A DNA stretch of 64,000 bases from Candidatus Nitrosopelagicus sp. GTDB taxonomy: Archaea; Thermoproteota; Nitrososphaeria; Nitrososphaerales; Nitrosopumilaceae. The DNA is taken from the NCBI GenBank assembly GCA_028343215.1, contig JAOLYB010000001.1, positions 71,879-135,878 on the forward strand, given 5' to 3'. The translations under genes were made by a program, and so were the position numbers. Under the pieces are notes generated by a model that saw nothing but the letters and a program-made list of their open reading frames with translations, was not told the origin of the DNA and ran no database searches. Shown piece after piece: positions 29,031 to 37,373 of the stretch; position 1 is the stretch's first letter; every line of letters starts with the position of its first letter.

Positions 29031-30173
29031 ATGAAATTTTCACATATCTCAGATACACATCTTGGACTAATCCAATATGGATTAGAGGAAAGAGAACAGG
29101 ATATTTATGATTCATTTAATCAAGCCATAAACATTTCAATACAGGATAAAGTTGATTTTGTAATTTTTGCAGGAGATATTTTTCATACCCCAAATCCAAG
29201 TGGAACTGCAATTTTACAAATGGCAAATGCATTAAAGAGATTAAAAGAAAATGAGATAGAATCTTTTTTTGTTTTAGGTGAACATGATATTAGCAGAGTA
29301 CGTTCTACGCCAATTCCATATGTGTATCATAATTTAGAATTTTCAAAATATGTGGGAAGAGGAGAGCCAGTATATTACAAAGATGTCATGATCGTAGGTT
29401 TCGATAAGATAAGAAAAAATGAAATGACAGGATTAGAAGAGAAATTTTTACACGTGGAATCTTTAGCTGATAAACATAAAGGACATAAAATTTTGGTACT
29501 ACATCAAGGAATTACCGAAGTTAACAAATTTGCTGGAGAAGTTAATTCTACAGATCTTCCAAAGAATTTTACATATTATGCAATGGGTCACCTTCATGAT
29601 AAATTTCTTAAACAGTATGATCATCTAAAAGGACCATTAGCATACCCAGGTTCTACAGAAATGACCACTAGTGAAGGGATTAAAGAAACAGAGAAAGGAT
29701 TTCTCAAAGTTGATATTTCAGATGACGAAGCAAAGCCCGAATGGATAAAACTCGATACAAGACCACAAATTTCAGTAAAAACTGAATTTGAAAATATTGA
29801 TTCAGCTATTAAAGAATTAAATGAGAAAATTTCAGGAATGGAAAAGAAACCAATAATTGAAATAAAAATTCATGGAGAAAATTTAGAACGTGATGCTATA
29901 GAAGGAAAAATAGCAGATTTAGCCTCAAAATCATTACACTTTTCATGGAAAATCTTTCAAAATGATGATGAATCATCCGTATTGTTAAACAGACCGGCAC
30001 AAATTGAACAAGAGTTATTCAAACTTGCGGTGAATTCTTTGAAATCAGAAAAGTTAGCACATTTTGCAATTAATGAATTATTACCATTATTATCAACGAG
30101 ACAAGTCGACAATGCAACACAAGTTGTTGTAGAAAATTTTAGTAATTTTTCTGGAGAAGATAATGATTCATAG
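29031..30173 (+). CDS. mre11: Mre11 nuclease
   Basis: SDTHLG, AGDIFH, GEHD, LHQG, GHLH, YPGS metallophosphoesterase motifs; operon context. Confidence 0.93.
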   Translation: MKFSHISDTHLGLIQYGLEEREQDIYDSFNQAINISIQDKVDFVIFAGDIFHTPNPSGTAILQMANALKRLKENEIESFFVLGEHDISRVRSTPIPYVYHNLEFSKYVGRGEPVYYKDVMIVGFDKIRKNEMTGLEEKFLHVESLADKHKGHKILVLHQGITEVNKFAGEVNSTDLPKNFTYYAMGHLHDKFLKQYDHLKGPLAYPGSTEMTTSEGIKETEKGFLKVDISDDEAKPEWIKLDTRPQISVKTEFENIDSAIKELNEKISGMEKKPIIEIKIHGENLERDAIEGKIADLASKSLHFSWKIFQNDDESSVLLNRPAQIEQELFKLAVNSLKSEKLAHFAINELLPLLSTRQVDNATQVVVENFSNFSGEDNDS

Positions 30174-32244
30174 TATTGAGTTAATTGATTTTCTAGCACA
30201 TCATGATACAAAGTTAGAGTTTAACAATGATGCAACAGTATTTGTTGGTCAGAATGGAGCAGGTAAATCAAGCATAATTGATGCAATTACATTTTCATTG
30301 TTTGGCTCACATATGCGAAAGAATAACAAGAGTTTGATACGAAGAGGAGCAAACAAAGCATTAGTTAAAGTTGAATTTTCTGCAAACGGGAAAAAATATA
30401 GAACCGTTAGACAAATTGATGCAAAAGGAACACTAACTGCACAGTTTTTAGAAAAAAATGGAGAAGAATTTTTACCAATTGCAGAAGGAGAAAGAAAACA
30501 GTTTGGGGAATCCATGACTAATGAAGTAGAGAAAGTTTTAGGAATGAATTTTGAAAAATTAAAAATTGCATCAATAGTTCAGCAAGGAGAACTTAATTCA
30601 ATCATAAAAGCAAAACCAAAAGAGTTCAAAGAATTATTGAATACAATAATCGGCATAGATAGATTAGATGTTGCAGTAGAATCGATGAAAGAAGTTTTAA
30701 AAGAATTCAGAAAAGATACACAAAATAAACATGGTTTCGATGATACACAAATTGAATTACTAGAAAATAAAATGAGCGAATTTGAAAATGAGATTTTAAA
30801 TTCAAAACCAAAGATAGGTGAGCTAGAACAAGAGAAAAAGACTACAGAGATAGAGATATCACAAATTGAACAAGAAATTGAAAAGGACAGTATGAAAGAA
30901 TCACAGCTCGTAGAATTAAAAAATCAAAAAGAGGAATTAGTATCATATGCAAAAGATGCAATAAAAAAAATTCAAAAAGAGGTTATGGAAGAAGAAAGAA
31001 AAGTTAACGAATGCAAAGACTGTTTTTCAATTGTTAGTGAAAAAGAAGAGATAGAGCTTGAAATTTCAAAACTAAATTTAGAATTATCTGCAATAATGAA
31101 AGATGTTGACGAATATGGAAAAAAGAAGATTCGTTTTGAAGAACAAAGCGAATTTGCAAACAGATTAGAGTTAAGAGATGGTAAATGTCCAGTCTGTGAT
31201 TCTAAAGTGGATCATCTGAATCCATTATTTCAAAAAGAACATGTTGAAGAAGAGATTAAAACACTAAGTGAAAAGCTAATTCAGCTTGAAGAGAAAAAAT
31301 TAGAATTAGAAAATTTAATTCAAGAAAAAACAGATAGATTAAGAAAAGCAGAAAATGCAGATGTAAAATTAAAGACACATAATATTTCAAATGAAACAGA
31401 ACTAGAGCAAATTGCAGAGACCGTTAAAGAAAAAATAAAGAAAATCAAGGAAATACCAATTACAATTAATTCAGGACAACTTTTAGAGGCATCAACAATT
31501 GATACACATGCAAAAATGAAGTATGAAAAAATTTTACAGATTGAAAAAACTACAAGTGGATTTAATCAAGAACAATTTTTAGCAAAGAAAAATGAACTTG
31601 CAAATAACCGTCAACGATTACGAGAAATTGATCAAGAATTTGGTGCAGTATCTAATAGAATAGAAAATGCCCAAAAGCAACTTGAAAAAAATAGGAGTTC
31701 ATTAGATGAGTTACATAAAGTAAGAAAATATGTTATAGAGTTAGAAAATATACAAAAAAATGTCTACAGCATAGATGGAACAGTTGCAAAAAGCCTACGT
31801 TCATGGGCATTAGAAATAATTTCAGAAAAAGCATCAGAATATTTAGAAAAATTAAATACAAAAATTCAAAGAATTTCACTTTCACAAAAGACAAGAGATG
31901 TAAACATTACCTGTTATGCTAGATCAACCATGTTAGAATTAGAATCACTTAGTGGTGGAGAACAAGTAAGCATCGCATTATCACTAAGATTAGGAATGGC
32001 TCATCTCCTAGGTTCCTCAAATCTTAATTTCATGATATTAGATGAGCCTACAACACATCTGGACAGTGAACGTAGAAAAGCACTAGTTGAAGTATTATCG
32101 CAGTTAGCAAACATCAGAGGTGAGAATGCTTCAATGCAGTTTATCATTATTTCACATGATGCAGAAATTTTTGAAGACTCGTCTGTAGAAAATATTTACA
32201 AATTTGAATCGGCAATTGATGGAACAGTAGTTAGTTTACTTTAG
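30163..32244 (+). CDS. rad50: Rad50 ATPase
   Basis: GQNGAGKSS, QQGE Q-loop, central CPVC hook, LSGGE, ILDEPT, IISHD. Confidence 0.95.
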   Translation: MIHSIELIDFLAHHDTKLEFNNDATVFVGQNGAGKSSIIDAITFSLFGSHMRKNNKSLIRRGANKALVKVEFSANGKKYRTVRQIDAKGTLTAQFLEKNGEEFLPIAEGERKQFGESMTNEVEKVLGMNFEKLKIASIVQQGELNSIIKAKPKEFKELLNTIIGIDRLDVAVESMKEVLKEFRKDTQNKHGFDDTQIELLENKMSEFENEILNSKPKIGELEQEKKTTEIEISQIEQEIEKDSMKESQLVELKNQKEELVSYAKDAIKKIQKEVMEEERKVNECKDCFSIVSEKEEIELEISKLNLELSAIMKDVDEYGKKKIRFEEQSEFANRLELRDGKCPVCDSKVDHLNPLFQKEHVEEEIKTLSEKLIQLEEKKLELENLIQEKTDRLRKAENADVKLKTHNISNETELEQIAETVKEKIKKIKEIPITINSGQLLEASTIDTHAKMKYEKILQIEKTTSGFNQEQFLAKKNELANNRQRLREIDQEFGAVSNRIENAQKQLEKNRSSLDELHKVRKYVIELENIQKNVYSIDGTVAKSLRSWALEIISEKASEYLEKLNTKIQRISLSQKTRDVNITCYARSTMLELESLSGGEQVSIALSLRLGMAHLLGSSNLNFMILDEPTTHLDSERRKALVEVLSQLANIRGENASMQFIIISHDAEIFEDSSVENIYKFESAIDGTVVSLL

Positions 32245-32729
32245 CCACCAGTTAATTTACCAAATTTTTCACTTTTACACAAAGTTTTCATAAATTCCAG
32301 ATTAGATAATGCAACTACTGCAGAATGTCTTACAGACTCTTCAGGATCATTTAGTGCTTTTTCTAAAACCTCAGGCTCACCTGTAGAACCAACAACTCCT
32401 AGTGCTACTGCTGCTTCATGTCTAACAAACATGCTAGGATCATTTGCAGTAGCATCTTCAAGTGGTGCAATTCCGCTACTAAAACACATCTGGCCTAGTG
32501 AAAATGCAGCCTCATGACGAACTAATTCATTTGGATCATCTTTGAGAACTTTGGCAATATATTGGACTTTATCCTCACCGCCAAGATCAACTATGATACA
32601 TGTGGCTCTACATCTAACAACATAATCTTCATGCTCTAATAATTTAACAAAATATTCAGTATCTTGTTTTTCATAATGAGATTCCATCTCTGCAAATAGA
32701 TCAATTCTAGATTGTGGTACTACATCCAT
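32241..32729 (-). CDS. HEAT-repeat protein, deoxyhypusine hydroxylase/PBS-lyase-like
   Basis: Repeats VRHEAAFSLGQM, VRHEAAVALGVVG, VRHSAVVAL. Confidence 0.85.
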   Translation of the reverse strand: MDVVPQSRIDLFAEMESHYEKQDTEYFVKLLEHEDYVVRCRATCIIVDLGGEDKVQYIAKVLKDDPNELVRHEAAFSLGQMCFSSGIAPLEDATANDPSMFVRHEAAVALGVVGSTGEPEVLEKALNDPEESVRHSAVVALSNLEFMKTLCKSEKFGKLTGG

Positions 32730-32814
32730 ATTTTTGGTTTTTTCCAGTCCTTTTTAATTCCTTTTTTTGAAATGGACGTTATGTTTTTTAATAGAAAACA
32801 AAATCACAAAATTT

Positions 32815-33468
32815 ATGGTAGTAATTGGAGAAAAAGCACCGAATCTCAAACTAGGAAAATGGGTTCAAGGAATGGATACAAACTTTGACAAAGAGGGAGA
32901 TAATGTCAAACTAGTCGAAGTGTTTCAAGTAAATTGCCCAGGATGTTTTATGCATTCAATTCCAGAAATAATTAACATTTATCAAAAATTCAAAGGAGAT
33001 GGATTATCAGTAATGGGCGTAGCAACCGCATTTGAGGATTATGATAAAAATACACTAGAGAATTTAGAGATGCTTCTTACAACAGGGGAAGTTGTTGGAG
33101 ATACAAAACAAGCATTATCTCAATATGGTCAACTCAATGAAGGAAAATTATCATACAAGATTCCATATCCAGTTGCAATGGATTCACTGGTAAAAGCAGG
33201 AGAGCCAACTAAAGAAAAGATGACTGCATTTATCAAAAATCAGCTACCAGATTTTGATACACAGACAGAAGATTACAAAGAGCAGATTTTTTCCAGAGTA
33301 AGAGAGTATTTCAAGACAAAAGAATACTCAGCAGAGACATTTGAGATGTACCAATTGAATGGAACACCATCTACAATTTTAGTAGATAGAAAAGGAATAC
33401 TACGAGACGTTTCATTTGGTCAAACAGCCAATTTAGAATCTATGATTGAGAAATTATTAAACGAATAA
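32815..33468 (+). CDS. Thioredoxin-fold redoxin (TlpA/AhpC-TSA-like)
   Basis: IGEKAP, FQVNCPGC active site, GTPSTILVDRKG cis-Pro; ATG 32815 preferred because a TATA-like tract lies at about 32784-32792. Confidence 0.85.
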   Translation: MVVIGEKAPNLKLGKWVQGMDTNFDKEGDNVKLVEVFQVNCPGCFMHSIPEIINIYQKFKGDGLSVMGVATAFEDYDKNTLENLEMLLTTGEVVGDTKQALSQYGQLNEGKLSYKIPYPVAMDSLVKAGEPTKEKMTAFIKNQLPDFDTQTEDYKEQIFSRVREYFKTKEYSAETFEMYQLNGTPSTILVDRKGILRDVSFGQTANLESMIEKLLNE

Positions 33469-34236
33469 TTTTTTATATTTTTTTAAAACTATCAATCCAA
33501 TAAAAGAAGTTGCAAGAACTAATGGTGCAATTTCATGAAATTCTGGAATAACATATGTTCCAAAAATTTCAATTGTTTCATTATTGGAATTAAATGTGAT
33601 ATTCATAGTATCCCCGTCAATTACATAATCAGACTCTACATCATCAATCATTACAATAAATGAACCATCTTCAAATGGAGTCATTATCTCATCAGATAAT
33701 TTTATAGACAATACTCCATTATCTCCAGGATCAAACAATCTAAAAATTAGTGAATTAGTTGATTGGTTTTCATCAATATCATCGACATATCCATTAGATA
33801 TTTTATAATCAATTACATCTCTAATGTTAAAAACATCAAGGTATGTGGTTCCAACTATCTCTATTTTGTGTTTTCCCATTCCTGCAAAATCCATTGTTAC
33901 AAATGTTGTATTACTTCCTGATTGTAATTTTGGCATGAATTTTTCACCATCAAGAAAAATAGAATAATCACCGCCAATCAATGTGTTAGGAAAACTTACC
34001 TCAAGTGAATTATTTTCTATAGAACTTAGAACAAACAATGTGATTGATTTTTTTTCTTTATCGAAATCAAGATTTGTTACATCCAAATTTCCAGTAACCT
34101 CAACTACAAATGAATAATCATCTGTTTTTACAGGAAATGTGAATTTTAGACCAGTTTTATCAGAGAGCGGAACCGCATCAGCAAATGGAATAACTATAGA
34201 TAATATTACTAGAAAAATTAATAATTTTTTTATCAT
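33457..34236 (-). CDS. PEFG-CTERM-type sorting-signal surface protein
   Basis: Signal peptide; two similar beta modules; C-terminal VIPEFHEIA + TM + KKYKK. Confidence 0.8.
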   Translation of the reverse strand: MIKKLLIFLVILSIVIPFADAVPLSDKTGLKFTFPVKTDDYSFVVEVTGNLDVTNLDFDKEKKSITLFVLSSIENNSLEVSFPNTLIGGDYSIFLDGEKFMPKLQSGSNTTFVTMDFAGMGKHKIEIVGTTYLDVFNIRDVIDYKISNGYVDDIDENQSTNSLIFRLFDPGDNGVLSIKLSDEIMTPFEDGSFIVMIDDVESDYVIDGDTMNITFNSNNETIEIFGTYVIPEFHEIAPLVLATSFIGLIVLKKYKKLFV

Positions 34237-34700
34237 GCAGCAGTAGAAATTACTCTTTTTCTTAATTCTTTATCTTTTGCAATACTTGGATGTGATGGGT
34301 CTGCTAAGATTACCTCATACCAGTAATGTTTACCGTCTTTGTACAGAAAATAAGAACCTAAAAGTTTCATATTTGGATATCTTTCAAGGACACGTCTATC
34401 TGCCACCGTTTTCATGTTGTCATCTTGTTTTATTCGAGTTACACCAAGATGTTTTGGACGTCTTCCACCTCGTGGTCTCTGACGTCTCATTCCACCAGTA
34501 CCAACTCGCATTCTAATTACAACTATTCCTTGTTTTGCTTTATAGCCAAGTCGTCTTGCACGAAGGAGTCTACTAGGTCTTTCAATACGTGTAACTGCTT
34601 CTTCTTTTCTCCATACAATTGCACGTTCTCTTAATACGATAGAATTTTCCTTCCACATTTTGTACCATACATCATCTTGGCTAATCGTCATTAGATTCAT
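34233..34700 (-). CDS. rpl15e: 50S ribosomal protein L15e
   Basis: RIERPSRLLRARRLGYKAKQG, GRRPKHLG, YPNMKLLGSY, WYEVILADP; true start at 34700 or 34691 rather than 34742. Confidence 0.95.
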   Translation of the reverse strand: MNLMTISQDDVWYKMWKENSIVLRERAIVWRKEEAVTRIERPSRLLRARRLGYKAKQGIVVIRMRVGTGGMRRQRPRGGRRPKHLGVTRIKQDDNMKTVADRRVLERYPNMKLLGSYFLYKDGKHYWYEVILADPSHPSIAKDKELRKRVISTAA

Positions 34701-34775
34701 AGAAAAAAATCCCCTTAATAATCCTATGAGAAAAAAATGCAAAATTCATTATATTATGTAATAGAAAGGTAATGT

Positions 34776-35441
34776 ATGAGACAGTATTTACTACTAATAC
34801 TTGGAGTCAGTATTATTTTTTCAGGTAGTGCTTATGCTCAAAATATGCAAGATGTTGAGATAATAATTTCATCTTCCAGTTATAATTATGGAGAAAAATT
34901 AGATTATAAAATAATAGTTTCTGAAGTTACAGGAGAAGACGCAGTTATTTTTATTACAAATACGAATGGAAATAAAAGTCAGTTATTGTCATTGCTTATC
35001 TCACAAGAGGAATCAAGAATAATTGCCCCATTTGCGTTTGATAGTGTGATATGGAGTGAAGGCACCTATGAATTAGAATTGCAATATTCAGGTGCAACAT
35101 CAACTACATTATTTACAATTGTTAATGATGGAACAATTGGTATACCGTACTGGATAAAAGATATATCAAAAATCTGGGTGAGTGGACAAACAAAAGATGA
35201 GGAGTTTGCAAAATGTATTCAATTTTTAATTGACGAAAAAATTATTTTTAATGCTAAACCAAGTCAGGAATTAGAAATACCAGAGTGGTTTAGGATGACA
35301 ACTGGATGGTGGGTAAATAATCAAATTCCAGATACGGTTTACGGAGATGCATTACAATTTTTAATTAATGATAAAGTGATTAAAATTCCAATTGAACAGA
35401 AATCATTTGGTCAAGAATCATCATCTGATAAAACTTTGTGA
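34776..35441 (+). CDS. Secreted protein with thaumarchaeal IPxW repeat domains
   Basis: Signal peptide ending AYA; two C-terminal repeats IPYWIKDISKIW...IQFLI and IPEWFRMTTGWW...LQFLI. Confidence 0.75.
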   Translation: MRQYLLLILGVSIIFSGSAYAQNMQDVEIIISSSSYNYGEKLDYKIIVSEVTGEDAVIFITNTNGNKSQLLSLLISQEESRIIAPFAFDSVIWSEGTYELELQYSGATSTTLFTIVNDGTIGIPYWIKDISKIWVSGQTKDEEFAKCIQFLIDEKIIFNAKPSQELEIPEWFRMTTGWWVNNQIPDTVYGDALQFLINDKVIKIPIEQKSFGQESSSDKTL

Positions 35442-36178
35442 CTTTTCTTTCCAATTCCCCACAAAATCATCATAATCACAATTCCAATTGACATTCCAAT
35501 TACTATAGAATAGATAAGAGGGCCCGTTCTCATATCAGATGCATTTTTTCCCATAGGAGATAAAACACATTCACCATTTTCATAGACAGTTCCATCACCA
35601 CATGCATTCATTAATTTATCAAGTTTTTCTTCTTCAGCATTTTTTGCTTCTGCGTCAGCTTGTGCTTGTGCTTGTGCTGCTGCTTCTGCATCAGCTTGTG
35701 CTTGTGCTGCTGCTTCTGCATCAGCTTGTGCTTGTGCTGCGGAATCTTGGGCTTGTTGTTCTTGTTCTATCAAAAATGAATTGTTTGCAAGAATTGTTCC
35801 AATAATTTCTATTTCTTCAGTTCCTGCAGAAAGTGAAAATGATAAAGTTCTAGATTCATCAGTTTTTACTTCTACAAATTCAATTTCATCTCCATCAGAT
35901 AAAATAAAGAAATCATCGTCAGAGTATCCAAGTTTGGCATCAAAAAAGTCTCGTTGAAATGTAATAGATACATCACCATCAGAACCAGAAACTTCTATTT
36001 CAAAAATTAAGGATATGAAATCAAGATCAGCAGAAGCTGATTTTAAAACGACATTGTTTCCAGTGTAGACAATATCATAATTAGTATTATCAATTTCAGT
36101 TGAAATAGTATCAGCAAATGCTGATGGAATCATTATCGAGAAAATAAGCGCAGTTATGTATACAGTCTTTAGTTTCAA
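35411..36178 (-). CDS. Membrane-anchored surface protein with Ala/Gln helical stalk
   Basis: Signal peptide; beta module ending GTEEIEIIGT; AQAQADAEAA repeats; CGDGTVYENGEC; C-terminal TM. Confidence 0.75.
   Translation of the reverse strand: MKLKTVYITALIFSIMIPSAFADTISTEIDNTNYDIVYTGNNVVLKSASADLDFISLIFEIEVSGSDGDVSITFQRDFFDAKLGYSDDDFFILSDGDEIEFVEVKTDESRTLSFSLSAGTEEIEIIGTILANNSFLIEQEQQAQDSAAQAQADAEAAAQAQADAEAAAQAQAQADAEAKNAEEEKLDKLMNACGDGTVYENGECVLSPMGKNASDMRTGPLIYSIVIGMSIGIVIMMILWGIGKKSHKVLSDDDS
35645..35740. repeat. About 30-bp coding tandem repeat (about 3 copies)
   Basis: tgcttctgcatcagcttgtgcttgtgctgc units encoding AAQAQADAEA on the minus strand; one copy has an extra 6 bp. Confidence 0.9.
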
Positions 36179-36180
36179 TC

Positions 36181-37113
36181 CTAAGTAACGCCTCTAAGGA
36201 TTTGTATTATCTTTTCTGCTATAACATTTGCAGCTAAAGACTGAGCTTCTTTTGTCTGAGCACCCATGTGAGGCGTAGAAATGAAGTTTGGTAGGGTTGC
36301 TAGATTGTTTGAAGTGGCGGGTTCAACCTCAAATACATCCAATGCAGCACCGCCCAATTTTCCATCCTTTAGAAATTCATATAGAGCCTCCTCATCTATT
36401 ACACCACCTCGAGAGGTATTGATTATACGAGAAGTATTTTTCATTGTACCCATTTTTTCAGCATTAATCAAATGTTTAGTGCTGTCCAATAAAGGAACAT
36501 GTAATGATACATAATCAGAGCTTGCAAGAAGAGTACCAAGATCAGCTTTCATTAATCCTACCTCTTTTGAGAATTCTTCATCTATCGGAACAACATCATA
36601 TCCAATAATGTTCATGTTTAATGCTCTAGCAAGACGTCCAAGTCTTTTTCCAATATTTCCAAGTCCAACAATTCCTAAATATTTTCCGCGTAATTCTGTA
36701 CCCATCAATTCTTTTTTTATCCAGTTTCCATTTCTTACTTCTCTATCAGCTCGTGGAATCTCTCTTGCTAATGACAACATTAAACCAATAACTAATTCTG
36801 CAACAGCATTCATTGCACCTTCAACTGCATTAATTACACGAATATTTTTTTCTTTAGCAGCTGCTTGATCAATATTATCTAAACCAACACCAACTCTTGC
36901 AATAATTTGACATTTGGTTGCTTTGTCAATCATATCTTTTGTAATTTTTGTTCTGCTTCTAACTATGACGACTTCAAAGTTTTCAATTTTATCTTGAATT
37001 TGTTCAGGAGTGATTTCTGGCTCGTATGTAATTTGTAATCCATTTTTTTCTAAAATTTCATTTAAGACAGGATTCACTTGATCACATATGAGAACTGATT
37101 GATTCATACTCAT
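36181..37113 (-). CDS. serA: D-3-phosphoglycerate dehydrogenase-like D-2-hydroxyacid dehydrogenase (no ACT domain)
   Basis: VRSRTK, RVGVGLDNID, GLGNIG, INTSRGG, LDVFEVEP, TPHMGAQT. Confidence 0.82.
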   Translation of the reverse strand: MSMNQSVLICDQVNPVLNEILEKNGLQITYEPEITPEQIQDKIENFEVVIVRSRTKITKDMIDKATKCQIIARVGVGLDNIDQAAAKEKNIRVINAVEGAMNAVAELVIGLMLSLAREIPRADREVRNGNWIKKELMGTELRGKYLGIVGLGNIGKRLGRLARALNMNIIGYDVVPIDEEFSKEVGLMKADLGTLLASSDYVSLHVPLLDSTKHLINAEKMGTMKNTSRIINTSRGGVIDEEALYEFLKDGKLGGAALDVFEVEPATSNNLATLPNFISTPHMGAQTKEAQSLAANVIAEKIIQILRGVT

Positions 37114-37192
37114 GCAAAAAGCCTGAATTCATTTAATATAATGATTTTGAAAGTGTAGAATTACTAAAATTATCTAGTCATCATAGAGAAAT

Positions 37193-37288
37193 ATGCAATT
37201 TGATATAGTTCAAATTATTCCAATTGTGTGTATTATAGCAGCAGTAGGAATTTTTGTAGGTACCAGAATTTGGATTATGTTCAGATAA
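37193..37288 (+). CDS. Putative 31-aa single-TM microprotein
   Basis: Hand translation MQFDIVQIIPIVCIIAAVGIFVGTRIWIMFR, in the gap between serA and nirK. Confidence 0.5.
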   Translation: MQFDIVQIIPIVCIIAAVGIFVGTRIWIMFR

Positions 37289-37338
37289 ATCAATAATATT
37301 TTTTGAACACGAGAATTATATCTATAAGTCACTAGTTC

Positions 37339-37373
37339 GGAATAAAAGGAAAAGAAGGAAAATGGGTTTAAGT
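37339..37373 (-). terminator. Pyrimidine/U-rich archaeal terminator after nirK
   Basis: Minus strand reads ACTTAAACCCATTTTCCTTCTTTTCCTTTTATTCC directly after the TAA. Confidence 0.6.

Noticed and set aside
26670-32244. HerA + nuclease + SMC-like ATPase cluster as a novel anti-phage system
   Set aside because: Gene set and motifs match the canonical archaeal nurA-herA-mre11-rad50 double-strand-break repair operon.
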